A stretch of DNA of 43,938 bases. Origin: Candidatus Pacearchaeota archaeon. Its GTDB lineage: Archaea; Nanobdellota; Nanobdellia; Pacearchaeales; GW2011-AR1. This document shows positions 27,605 to 36,270 of this stretch, in pieces. Within the stretch, counting starts at the first letter, position 1. Every line of letters starts with the position of its first letter. The DNA lies in NCBI GenBank assembly GCA_040879805.1, contig JBBDJP010000005.1, positions 1 to 43,938 of the forward strand. The letters are read 5' to 3'. Under the pieces are notes generated by a model. The model saw only the letters and a program-made list of their open reading frames with translations, ran no database searches and was not told where the DNA came from. The translations under genes were made by a program, and so were the position numbers.

Positions 27605-28128
27605 AAAGGCTTAATAAGAAAGGGCAAATGAAAATTCAACAGATGGCTTTTATGCTTCTAGCCGTGACTTTGTTTTTTGCTTTAGTTGGAATGTTTTTCT
27701 TAATGATTTTTTTCTCAGATATTGAAAATTCTGCAGAGAGTATTGAAGAAAGAAATTCTTTATTACTTGTTTCTTCTATTGTAAATTCTCCCGAGTTTGC
27801 TTGTGGTAGTGCTTTTGGGAGTACTAAACTTAATTGTATTGATTTTGATAAATTAATGGCTCTTCAGAGTAATTCAAATAGATATTCTAATTTTTGGAAG
27901 GTTGATGGGATTGAGGTTCGGAAAATTTTCCCTTCCGATTCTGGAGTGTGTACTTTTAGTAATTATCCTAATTGTGGAAAGATAATTATTGTTGATAATG
28001 AAGGTTCTGGAGTAGGAATTTCTAATTTTGCCGCCTTATGTAGGAATGAAGATAGGGGAGAAGGAAGAAGCGTGGGTGAAAGGTGTGAACTTGCAAGGAT
28101 TATTGTTTATCATGGAGGTGAAGAATGA
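27598..28128 (+). CDS. Class III signal-peptide (pilin-like) protein
   Basis: LNKKG|QMKIQQMAFMLLAVTLFFALVG. Confidence 0.8.
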   Translation: MVKRLNKKGQMKIQQMAFMLLAVTLFFALVGMFFLMIFFSDIENSAESIEERNSLLLVSSIVNSPEFACGSAFGSTKLNCIDFDKLMALQSNSNRYSNFWKVDGIEVRKIFPSDSGVCTFSNYPNCGKIIIVDNEGSGVGISNFAALCRNEDRGEGRSVGERCELARIIVYHGGEE

Positions 28129-28610
28129 ATTTTATAAATAAAAAAGGGCAAGAAGAAATTGTTGGTTTTGCAGTGATAATTGTGATTGTTGTTGTAGTTC
28201 TACTTTTTTTCCTAAGTTTTTATATTCGAGGAGATAGTAGTGAGGGAGTTGAAAGTTTTGAAGCTGCTAGTTTTATACAATCTTCTCTCCATTTTACAAC
28301 AGAATGTGAAGGAAACTTAGGTAATTATGATGTTCGTAGGTTAATTTCTGAGTGTAGTGATGAAAGTCAGTGTTTGGATGGAAGGGATGCTTGTAATGTT
28401 CTAGAATCAACTCTTGAAGATCTCATAAATGCAGGGTGGCAAGTAGGTGAAGATCGACCTGTTAAAGGATATGAGCTTTTTATTAGTTCGAATCAAAATA
28501 ATTTAATTAATGTTTCAGAGGGGAATATTACAAGGAATTTTAGAGGAACTTTCCAAGACTATGTTTTAGGAGATAGGATTGAAATATCTTTTAGAGCTTA
28601 TTATGAGTAA
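28125..28610 (+). CDS. Class III signal-peptide (pilin-like) protein
   Basis: INKKG|QEEIVGFAVIIVIVVVVLLFF; ATGA overlap. Confidence 0.8.
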   Translation: MNFINKKGQEEIVGFAVIIVIVVVVLLFFLSFYIRGDSSEGVESFEAASFIQSSLHFTTECEGNLGNYDVRRLISECSDESQCLDGRDACNVLESTLEDLINAGWQVGEDRPVKGYELFISSNQNNLINVSEGNITRNFRGTFQDYVLGDRIEISFRAYYE

Positions 28611-28622
28611 TTCTGGGTTTGA

Positions 28623-28976
28623 TTAGACTTTTATATGAATTGTTAATGTTTCTACAGATACAACAGGCTTATGTCTTACTCTTTTCTTTGTTTTTTCCTC
28701 TAAAAGCTCTATAAATCCAAATCTTTCAAGGAGTTTTACGTCATCACTTACTGATTTGAAGTTTCTTCCTAGTTTTTTAGCTAAATCATATATGGATCTT
28801 GGTTCTTGAGTCTTTATTACGTGTAAAATACGGGCTCTCTCGTTACTTAATAGCCTTCTTAGTACTGAAAGACCTTCAAAATTATAGTCTTTTTTTGAAA
28901 ATCCTGATCTTTTGAAGATAGAGAAAGTTCCTTTTGACTCTGTTATTGTTATTTCTCTTGTTTTTGTAGTTGCCAT
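28623..28976 (-). CDS. Winged-helix DNA-binding protein (HVO_A0114-like)
   Basis: LLSNERARIL...PRSIYDLAKKLGRNFKSVSDDVKLLERFGFI. Confidence 0.8.
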   Translation of the reverse strand: MATTKTREITITESKGTFSIFKRSGFSKKDYNFEGLSVLRRLLSNERARILHVIKTQEPRSIYDLAKKLGRNFKSVSDDVKLLERFGFIELLEEKTKKRVRHKPVVSVETLTIHIKV

Positions 28977-29027
28977 TTTTTATTGAATTGAGAAACATTT
29001 AAATATTTATGTCGGCTGTTTGTTTTT

Positions 29028-29267
29028 ATGGAATTTAAAGTTAATCTGCCTGAGGAATTTGAGAAAAAAGTCAGGGAACATCCTGAATTGAATCTATCTT
29101 CGGTTATTGAAAAGGCTCTTTTAGGTGTTCTAGATAGGTTTGATTTAGTTGGGTTTATTGATTCAAAGTTAGATAAAAGTAATTTTACTAAAGAAGATGC
29201 TGATAGATTGGGTGAATTGGCTAAACAAAATAGATTGAAAGAACTTAAATCTAAGAATTTATTATAA
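29028..29267 (+). CDS. Putative antitoxin
   Basis: 79 aa, RHH-like N-terminus, directly abuts the PIN gene. Confidence 0.7.
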   Translation: MEFKVNLPEEFEKKVREHPELNLSSVIEKALLGVLDRFDLVGFIDSKLDKSNFTKEDADRLGELAKQNRLKELKSKNLL

Positions 29268-29669
29268 ATGAGAATTGTTATAGATACTAACAAACTATTT
29301 TCTTTTTTTTGGAAAGGATCTTTGATAAAGAAGTTGATTCTAGAAGGGTATGATTTGTATTCTCCAGAGTTTGCTTTAGAAGAATTGGAAAATAATAAAG
29401 GTGAAATCCTCAGAAAGACAGGGTTATCTAGAGTAGATTTTGAAGAATTTGTGATAAAATTGAAAAAAGTGGTGAAATTTGTTCCTTTTTCACAATATTC
29501 TGAAAGAATACCTGAAGCCTTCAATTTACTTCCAAAAAACCCTAAAGATGTAGACTTCTTAGCTCTCGCCATTAAGTTGAATGCAGCGATTGTTTCTAAT
29601 GATAAGGGACTAAAAAAACAATCTAGAGTCTCTATATTTGAAGATTCCAGACTTTCCGAATTGATTTGA
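29268..29669 (+). CDS. PIN-domain toxin (VapC-like)
   Basis: IVIDTN, ALEE, DPKD-like NPKDVDFLALA, VSNDKGL acidic tetrad. Confidence 0.9.
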   Translation: MRIVIDTNKLFSFFWKGSLIKKLILEGYDLYSPEFALEELENNKGEILRKTGLSRVDFEEFVIKLKKVVKFVPFSQYSERIPEAFNLLPKNPKDVDFLALAIKLNAAIVSNDKGLKKQSRVSIFEDSRLSELI

Positions 29670-30100
29670 ATTGTATCCATTTTATTGGCTGTTTACTGTC
29701 CGTTTAGCTGTTTAGTTTTTTCTTTTAGCATATCTAGAGTGTCTTGATTTCTTCTTAACATATATATTCTATATGTATGTTATCTTCTAATAGATATGTT
29801 TAATGTATATTTTATATACTTATGTTTTTTCCTGTAATATATTATACTATAAGTAGTACATGTTAATAAATCTTTTTATTTGCCAAAATTCAAATATCCT
29901 TTTAATGATTTAGTAACACCAAAAGGTTTATAAGTAAAACCTCCAAAAACAGGTATTTTGGAGTGTTTCACAACTTTGTAACAGTAAGCTTTTTAAAGGA
30001 AAACTTACTTTTACACATACGCCTTTAGATAGGTTAGGATGGTTTAGGCGTTCTTATAGGGGATCAAAAAATCAGTCGAAAAAAAGGAGTATTATATTCA

Positions 30101-30466
30101 ATGCAAATCAACAATACAAAAAATCCTGAATCTTTCAGGAATAATGGATTGAACTTTGGCAATGAGTTTTGCCTTGGTTCAACAAATAGAAAGATAGATT
30201 TGTCAACTAGTGAGGATATTGTTCTTTTAGGTACTACAAATTCAGAAATTCTTAAAAATTTAGGTACTACAGAATTTGCAAACAAAAACATGATAAATGC
30301 TGTTGCAACAATGAAAATCCCTTCAAACAGGCTTTTGATGGAAAATTCAAACATACAATCTCAATCACATTCACCCGGTTTGGTAACTTTACCCTATAGT
30401 TACTCCGGAAGTGAAGATTGCCCTTGGCAGTTCTTTAATAGAGCTGAAAGGAGGTTTATAAAATAG
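30101..30466 (+). CDS. Upstream ORF in the S-layer gene leader (hypothetical)
   Basis: GGAG upstream; in-frame 33-bp-period LGTT repeat; ends 5 nt before the S-layer ATG. Confidence 0.4.
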   Translation: MQINNTKNPESFRNNGLNFGNEFCLGSTNRKIDLSTSEDIVLLGTTNSEILKNLGTTEFANKNMINAVATMKIPSNRLLMENSNIQSQSHSPGLVTLPYSYSGSEDCPWQFFNRAERRFIK

Positions 30467-30471
30467 TAAAT

Positions 30472-32829
30472 ATGAAATACAATTTTAGAAAAATCTCTGC
30501 TATAGCTATGAGTGTAATGACTCTTGGTTTGACTGCAGGAGTTGCTCCACTTGTATCAGGTGCAGATTACCCAGCCCCATTCGTTGATAACGGAAGTGCT
30601 GATTTTGCAGTTGTACACGGTTCAGGAGCTGCTGCAACAGACCAAGCAGAAGCAACATCTGTTGCTAACTCGCTTTTGGCTTTGGCTAGTGGTGGTGTTT
30701 CAGGAGTAGGTACAGACAGTATTCAGCTTCAAAGAAGCTCTGATGAATTCAATCTTGGAAACAATATGACTGACTTTTATACAACTCTTGATGATGAAGA
30801 ATTGTCAGTTGTTCTTGAGAACGGGATTTACTTCAATGATGAAAATGACGATTTTGATTACGAACAAGAATTGACTCTTCCAAGTACAAGTCAGCTTACT
30901 CATTTTAGAGACAGAGACTACAACGATTACGAACCTACGATTGGTTTCCACCTTGCAAAAGGAGATGCAATCCTTAACTATACTTTGGAATTTACTCCAA
31001 ATGCTGTAGAAGCGGGTTCAAACTATGACGACCTTGAAAGCACTTTTATAGAAATTCTTGGAAAAGAATACTTTATATCAGAAGTGTCTAATGATGGAAC
31101 TTCAATAACTTTATTGGATTCTGCCTCAACGACATTGCTTAATCAAGGAGATACAACAACAGTAACTGTCGATGGAACTTCTTATGAAGTGAGCATACAA
31201 GCTATCTCTGGTACTGGAGCCATTTTGGTTGTTGACGGAGAGTCTACCAATAGACTTGGTGATGGAGATACGCAAAAACTTTCAGGAGGTAATGTGCACA
31301 TTGGTGTTACAGACTTCCAGGAAGCTGCTTTCCAAGGAGACAATGCTTTCGTTGAGTTTAGTCTAGGATCTGGAGAAATCGTAATTGAAAATGGCGTGGA
31401 AGTTGAAATAAACGGAGATGCTATAAGTCAAATCGATGAATATGATGGACACAAGCTTAATGGATACACTCTTTCAAACCCTAGTAACGAAACTATCATT
31501 CTTGAATGGTTAGCTGATGATGATGTTTTCATTACACAGGATAGTGAGTTGACTCTACCAGGATTCGGAGGTGTGAAGTTCACAATGGGTGACTTCGTAA
31601 CCGATACTGAGGAAACAACAACCTTCAACACTGGAGATCCTTTTAGTATTACAACAACAGTTGAAGATGGAGAAGTAACATTAGACATCTTTTATCTGAA
31701 TGGTACTGAAGACGGCTTCGGAACAAATCTTGGAGCAAGCAGTGTAAGACATTTGATAACAAATCAAACAGGAGGAACTAATTCAACTGTTGAACTTAAC
31801 TTAGATAACGAAACATACTTCGTTGCTTCTTGGACTGATGGTTCAAGAGATGCAGAAACATATGTTTACGAACTAAGTAACATAAAGGATAACAGTGGTA
31901 AGAACGAAACCACATTGACAAGCCTTTCAGGAGGTTCAAATGTTGTTTTCAGTGATACTACTGATGACCAAGATGTTGGAAGATTAAGATTAACTCTTAC
32001 TGCTTCTGATGTTGGTGCTGAAACTGCAACCGTTAAGGTTGAAGCTGTAAGTAGTGGAAGTGTCTATACAGACAGAGTTTTCACTGCAGAAGGCTTGCAG
32101 TTCAAGCTTCCTGTAATCGATGGAGCAAACACTACGGAAAATTTCATCTTCTTGGACTCTAATGTGACGTTTGATTTTAACTTCACAGAGGAAGATAGAG
32201 ATGGAAACATCGCAAGTGGAAGTTCTTTCCAAATCTCAACAAGCATTGATTCTGATGATGGAATTGAAGCTGATGGAGAAACTGGAGTAGGTGTACTTCA
32301 AATCGGTAGAACTGGAGATAACTATGTTGGTTATGTTGAATCTGATCTTGCAACAAGAGTTGACTGGACAAAAGATACCAGTGGACTTGACGCAATGCAA
32401 GTTACATACCATGGAAGTGAAGCTTACGCAGAAGTCTTTGTATCATCAACAGATGCTACAGACGATGGAAGTATTGAGCTAGGAGATGTTCTTGTAACAG
32501 ATTCTGAGGTGAGTTCTGTACAGAACAGAAACTTGGTTGTTATTGGTGGAAGCTGTATAAACTCAGTTGCTGCTAATTTAGTTGGTGGAGCATATTGTGG
32601 TTCTGCATGGACAGACGCTACTGGCGTTGGTTCTGGAGAATTCGTAATTGAAAGCTTCGAGAATCCAAACAACGATGATGCAGTTGCATTACTTGTAGCT
32701 GGATACGAAAGAGATGACACTGTAAATGCTGCGACATACTTAAGACAACAAGGAGACGGATTGAACGTGGATGTTGGCGAAAAGTATACTGGTAGCACAT
32801 CAACAAGTGTTGAAGCTGTCGTTAACTAA
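30472..32829 (+). CDS. S-layer protein
   Basis: Signal peptide, ADYPAPFV..DFAVVHG N-terminal and NLVVIGGSCINSVAA..LLVAGYE C-terminal S-layer motifs; very acidic; AGGAGGT SD. Confidence 0.88.
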   Translation: MKYNFRKISAIAMSVMTLGLTAGVAPLVSGADYPAPFVDNGSADFAVVHGSGAAATDQAEATSVANSLLALASGGVSGVGTDSIQLQRSSDEFNLGNNMTDFYTTLDDEELSVVLENGIYFNDENDDFDYEQELTLPSTSQLTHFRDRDYNDYEPTIGFHLAKGDAILNYTLEFTPNAVEAGSNYDDLESTFIEILGKEYFISEVSNDGTSITLLDSASTTLLNQGDTTTVTVDGTSYEVSIQAISGTGAILVVDGESTNRLGDGDTQKLSGGNVHIGVTDFQEAAFQGDNAFVEFSLGSGEIVIENGVEVEINGDAISQIDEYDGHKLNGYTLSNPSNETIILEWLADDDVFITQDSELTLPGFGGVKFTMGDFVTDTEETTTFNTGDPFSITTTVEDGEVTLDIFYLNGTEDGFGTNLGASSVRHLITNQTGGTNSTVELNLDNETYFVASWTDGSRDAETYVYELSNIKDNSGKNETTLTSLSGGSNVVFSDTTDDQDVGRLRLTLTASDVGAETATVKVEAVSSGSVYTDRVFTAEGLQFKLPVIDGANTTENFIFLDSNVTFDFNFTEEDRDGNIASGSSFQISTSIDSDDGIEADGETGVGVLQIGRTGDNYVGYVESDLATRVDWTKDTSGLDAMQVTYHGSEAYAEVFVSSTDATDDGSIELGDVLVTDSEVSSVQNRNLVVIGGSCINSVAANLVGGAYCGSAWTDATGVGSGEFVIESFENPNNDDAVALLVAGYERDDTVNAATYLRQQGDGLNVDVGEKYTGSTSTSVEAVVN

Positions 32830-32842
32830 ATCCAAATTTTAT

Positions 32843-32880
32843 GCCGGGGTTTCCCGGCGATTTTTTCTTTTTTTTTATTT
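32843..32880 (+). terminator. Hairpin plus T-tract terminator after the S-layer gene
   Basis: GCCGGG-GTTT-CCCGGC followed by a long T-rich run. Confidence 0.75.
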
Positions 32881-32980
32881 TTCTTTTTTTCTAAGACTTG
32901 GCGAGAGCTCTATAAATTTAAATCCAAAAAAAACATTTAAATACCTCTAATTCTAATTTAAGATTAATCAAAAGAGGAAA

Positions 32981-34360
32981 ATGGATTCAAATCAAAGTTA
33001 TTTTTTAAGAGGAATGTTTATTTTAGTTGTAGTCCTGTTTGCAGGATTTGTTTTTGCTGATTCTGGAAGTCTTGCACCTTCAGAAGCAGAAGCAGAAGAT
33101 AATATTCAATTGCTTTGGTTTAATGTTTCTAATGTTACTGTTGACGGAGGAACAGGAGTTCCTGCATTAGATAATGTTACTGTTGCCCTTCTTGGCACAG
33201 CTTCTACAGGAAATATTACAAATATAACTTTATCCAATGGGACTAATGTATGGTACAACGATACTTCAGGAAGTTTTCCTAAGATTATTACTATTGGTGA
33301 GAATATTACTGCAGACACAAATTTCACACTAAATTTTACCTTGAATTCTAGCGCTACTTGGAATAAGACTTTTGGAGCAAATATTACAGCGATAGGAAAT
33401 AGTTCAACAGGAAATAATACTCTAACTTACTCGACCTTGCCTTACAATTCAAGTCTTGTCAACATTAATGAATCAACAGATCCAAGCGTAACAGCTGTTG
33501 AGAGGTCAAGCAACACAAGAACTTCAATAACAACTGACTTTACCAGCAGTTCAAAATGTTCAGATTCAGGGGCGGCTGCAAGCGGAATTTCTACATGTGT
33601 ACTAACAAGTTCTGCAGGAACGGTTGATGGTGCAGAAATTACTGGTTTGAGTTGCGGAACGGAATATGACATTACTGTGACTGCAACAGACAATGCAGGA
33701 AACACTGCTTCAACTACAGAGTCTTTATCAACACAGTCGTGCGGTAGTGGAGGTTCTTCACTTCCTGTAGGTCCACCACAAAAAGTTCATTCATTTACAC
33801 AGATAACTCCTGGAGTAGTAGGAATAGTTTCAAATTTTGATTCAGAAATTGGTGTTAGAGAGATAACAATAAGTGTGAACAATCCTGCACAAAATGTTAA
33901 AATTACTGTGACAAAACATGATGGCAAACCTGCAGAAGTTTCAGTTGAAAAATCTGGAGAAACATATCAATATATTCAAATCGATGCAGAGAATCTTAAT
34001 GATGGTTTTGGAACTGCCTCAGTGGAGTTCAGAGTTGAGAAATCCTGGATTTCAGATAAAGGATTAGAAAGAAATGAAGTTGCTGCCTTCAAATTTGATG
34101 AATCTTCAAATGTATGGAATGAACTTGAAACAGAATTCTCATCAGAGGATTCAACTTACAATTATTATGAAGTTATGTTAGACTCCTTTAGTTACTTTGC
34201 AATTTCGGAAAAAAGTTTGATTGAAGATTCTGAATCAAATACAACAGAAGAAGTACCTGCTCAAGAAAAGAATAACACCTGGTTATGGATTCTAATTGCA
34301 ATTATAGTGGTTGCTGCTGGAGCTGCATACATCGGAACTAATTCCCGAAAGAAAAAATAA
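32981..34360 (+). CDS. PGF-pre-PGF domain surface glycoprotein
   Basis: Signal peptide, sequon-rich N-domain, Fn3/Ig-like segment, YQYIQI...EFRVEKSWI...SFSYFAI domain, C-terminal TM. Confidence 0.85.
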   Translation: MDSNQSYFLRGMFILVVVLFAGFVFADSGSLAPSEAEAEDNIQLLWFNVSNVTVDGGTGVPALDNVTVALLGTASTGNITNITLSNGTNVWYNDTSGSFPKIITIGENITADTNFTLNFTLNSSATWNKTFGANITAIGNSSTGNNTLTYSTLPYNSSLVNINESTDPSVTAVERSSNTRTSITTDFTSSSKCSDSGAAASGISTCVLTSSAGTVDGAEITGLSCGTEYDITVTATDNAGNTASTTESLSTQSCGSGGSSLPVGPPQKVHSFTQITPGVVGIVSNFDSEIGVREITISVNNPAQNVKITVTKHDGKPAEVSVEKSGETYQYIQIDAENLNDGFGTASVEFRVEKSWISDKGLERNEVAAFKFDESSNVWNELETEFSSEDSTYNYYEVMLDSFSYFAISEKSLIEDSESNTTEEVPAQEKNNTWLWILIAIIVVAAGAAYIGTNSRKKK

Positions 34361-34390
34361 TCCTAAAAAATTATTCCACTCCAATCTACT

Positions 34391-34416
34391 AAAATTTATA
34401 AACAATATTCCTTAAT
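34391..34416. repeat. 26-bp direct repeat, copy 1 (aaaatttataaacaatattccttaat; BRE/TATA)
   Basis: Exact match to 35634-35659. Confidence 0.95.
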
Positions 34417-34463
34417 TCCACTTGTAGTAAAGTTTTTTATAGAATCTTTTTCTTCAGATTATA

Positions 34464-34763
34464 ATGGATATCTTTAAGATTACTGACAAAACAGGAAGAA
34501 AAATAAGATTAACCAATAAACAATGGAAACATATTCAAGAACACCCACATATGCATGAATCTCTTGAAAAAATTAAAGAAGTAATAAAAAATCCTTTAAC
34601 AATAAGAAAGGGTGAATTTGATAATAAAGTCAATTATTTCTATAAAGAGTACAAGGAAATGAGTCCAAAAGAAAGATATCTTTTCATCTCAGTTAAATAT
34701 TTAAACGGGGACGGCTTTGTTATAACAGCGTTTTATACAAATAAAATAACGGGTTTAAAATGA
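34464..34763 (+). CDS. Putative RelE/BECR-fold toxin
   Basis: IRLTNKQWKHI, YLFISVKY, FVITAFY; paired with the downstream DUF2283-like gene. Confidence 0.65.
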   Translation: MDIFKITDKTGRKIRLTNKQWKHIQEHPHMHESLEKIKEVIKNPLTIRKGEFDNKVNYFYKEYKEMSPKERYLFISVKYLNGDGFVITAFYTNKITGLK

Positions 34764-34993
34764 ATAATTTGAATATTTATTATGATGAAAGAGGCGATTT
34801 CTTAGAGATAACTAAAGGAGATATCTCTAATTGCTATTTTGACAACTTAGGGAAAGGTATATTTAAGATTACTGACAAAGAAAGTGGAGAAGTAAAAGGA
34901 ATTGCAATTCACAGCTTTAAAGCCAGAACAAAATCAGACAATATCAAACTAGAACTTCCATTTGACATCAATTTTTTTGGACTAAAAACCTGA
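34760..34993 (+). CDS. DUF2283-like putative antitoxin
   Basis: NIYYDERGDFLEI...VKGIAI; ATGA overlap. Confidence 0.75.
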   Translation: MNNLNIYYDERGDFLEITKGDISNCYFDNLGKGIFKITDKESGEVKGIAIHSFKARTKSDNIKLELPFDINFFGLKT

Positions 34994-35092
34994 ACCAACA
35001 AAATCTTTTTCTAAAATTTTTTAGGAGTTCTAAAAAAGTTTAAATACTACATTTTATTGTGTTTTGTAGTAAAAAACAACAAATAATCTAAA

Positions 35093-35335
35093 ATGGTCAA
35101 AGCGACAATAGATATCCCTGAAGAAGAAAACAGAATCTTAAATATTGTTAAAGGAAAATACGGATTCAAAAACAAGGAAGAGGCCCTAATCTTTATTTTA
35201 AAAGGATACAAGAAAAATTTAGAACCTGAGATAAGACCCGAATACATTGACAAACTAAAAAAGATTGAAAAAGAAGGTGTTTTCGAAGAGTTCAATTCTA
35301 TCGATGAACTAAGAAAAAGTATTGAAAATGCGTAA
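35093..35335 (+). CDS. Antitoxin (DUF2683-like)
   Basis: EENRILNIVKGKYGFKNKEEAL...EIRPEYIDKLKKI; overlaps the RelE-like gene. Confidence 0.75.
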   Translation: MVKATIDIPEEENRILNIVKGKYGFKNKEEALIFILKGYKKNLEPEIRPEYIDKLKKIEKEGVFEEFNSIDELRKSIENA

Positions 35336-35606
35336 GTTTAATATAGAAAGAGACTTACACAGAATTCTTAAAAAACTGCATAAAAAAGATTCCAAAAAGT
35401 ATAAAATAGTTTGGAAGAAGATTAATGAGATTCTCAGTATTGGAGATGTTAATCATTACAAAAATTTAAAGTTTCCTCTAAACAATTTCAAAAGAGTCCA
35501 CATAGACAGAAGTTTCGTCTTGGTGTTTAAGTATGATCAGAAAAAGGATAAAGTAATTTTCTATGATTTAGACCATCATGACAAAATTTATCTCAAAAAA
35601 TATTAA
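35328..35606 (+). CDS. RelE/StbE/YafQ-family mRNA interferase
   Basis: HYKNLKFPL, KRVHIDRSFVLVF, DHHDKIY; start moved to ATG 35328. Confidence 0.88.
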   Translation: MRKFNIERDLHRILKKLHKKDSKKYKIVWKKINEILSIGDVNHYKNLKFPLNNFKRVHIDRSFVLVFKYDQKKDKVIFYDLDHHDKIYLKKY

Positions 35607-35633
35607 AATCTTAGAGTAATTTAAAACTCTGAC

Positions 35634-35659
35634 AAAATTTATAAACAATATTCCTTAAT
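35634..35659. repeat. 26-bp direct repeat, copy 2 (promoter of 35667 gene)
   Basis: Identical to 34391-34416. Confidence 0.95.
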
Positions 35660-35666
35660 CTCTTTT

Positions 35667-36263
35667 ATGAAAAGGTTTATCTCTAAACGTGAAAGAGCTA
35701 AGAAAAAACGAAGAAACCAGATAGCTGTTGGAATTGTTTTAACTTTCCTTATGTTTCTAAGTGTCTTAGGTTTTGCTTTCCAATTTGGTGTTGGAGTTCC
35801 TAATGAAGGAAATGGTCAAACAGGAGGACAAGAAAATGTTGTTTATAATGGAGTTGAATTCGTTTTTAATAGTGGTTTCTGGATTGCAGAAGGATTTGCA
35901 TTTAGATATAATCCTGGAGAAGTCCAAGATATTCAACCAAGTGGAGAAGAACTAAAAGACGTTCTTTCCTATCAAGGAAAACCCCTTTACCTTTACTCAG
36001 AAAACCAAGAAGCAAGAAGTGAAATAAGAGTTAATTTAGGCGTAATTGCAAGTAATGTAGAATCTGGATGTCCTGAAGGAGAATTTGAATGTCCGGAAGA
36101 AATTCCAACAATATCGTGTGATGGCGATAACTTTATAATTATAAAAGAAGGTGTAAACAACGCAATAACTCAAGAGGGGAGTTGTGTATTTATTGAAGGA
36201 CCTTCTGAAGATCTAACAAAGATATCAGACCAATTCCTATTCAAAATTTTAGGAATAAGATAA
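35667..36263 (+). CDS. N-terminally anchored membrane protein
   Basis: Basic N-terminus, one TM, ectodomain with 4 Cys. Confidence 0.75.
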   Translation: MKRFISKRERAKKKRRNQIAVGIVLTFLMFLSVLGFAFQFGVGVPNEGNGQTGGQENVVYNGVEFVFNSGFWIAEGFAFRYNPGEVQDIQPSGEELKDVLSYQGKPLYLYSENQEARSEIRVNLGVIASNVESGCPEGEFECPEEIPTISCDGDNFIIIKEGVNNAITQEGSCVFIEGPSEDLTKISDQFLFKILGIR

Positions 36264-36270
36264 TTAGAAA

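Noticed and set aside
28949-29680. 243-aa minus-strand ORF
   Set aside because: Antisense to the antitoxin/PIN pair; Ser/Phe-rich shadow composition
29680-29900. Very AT-rich stretch as a replication origin
   Set aside because: No ORB repeats or adjacent cdc6/orc1 visible
31428-33705. Several 60-125-aa minus-strand ORFs
   Set aside because: Antisense shadows of the S-layer and PGF-pre-PGF genes
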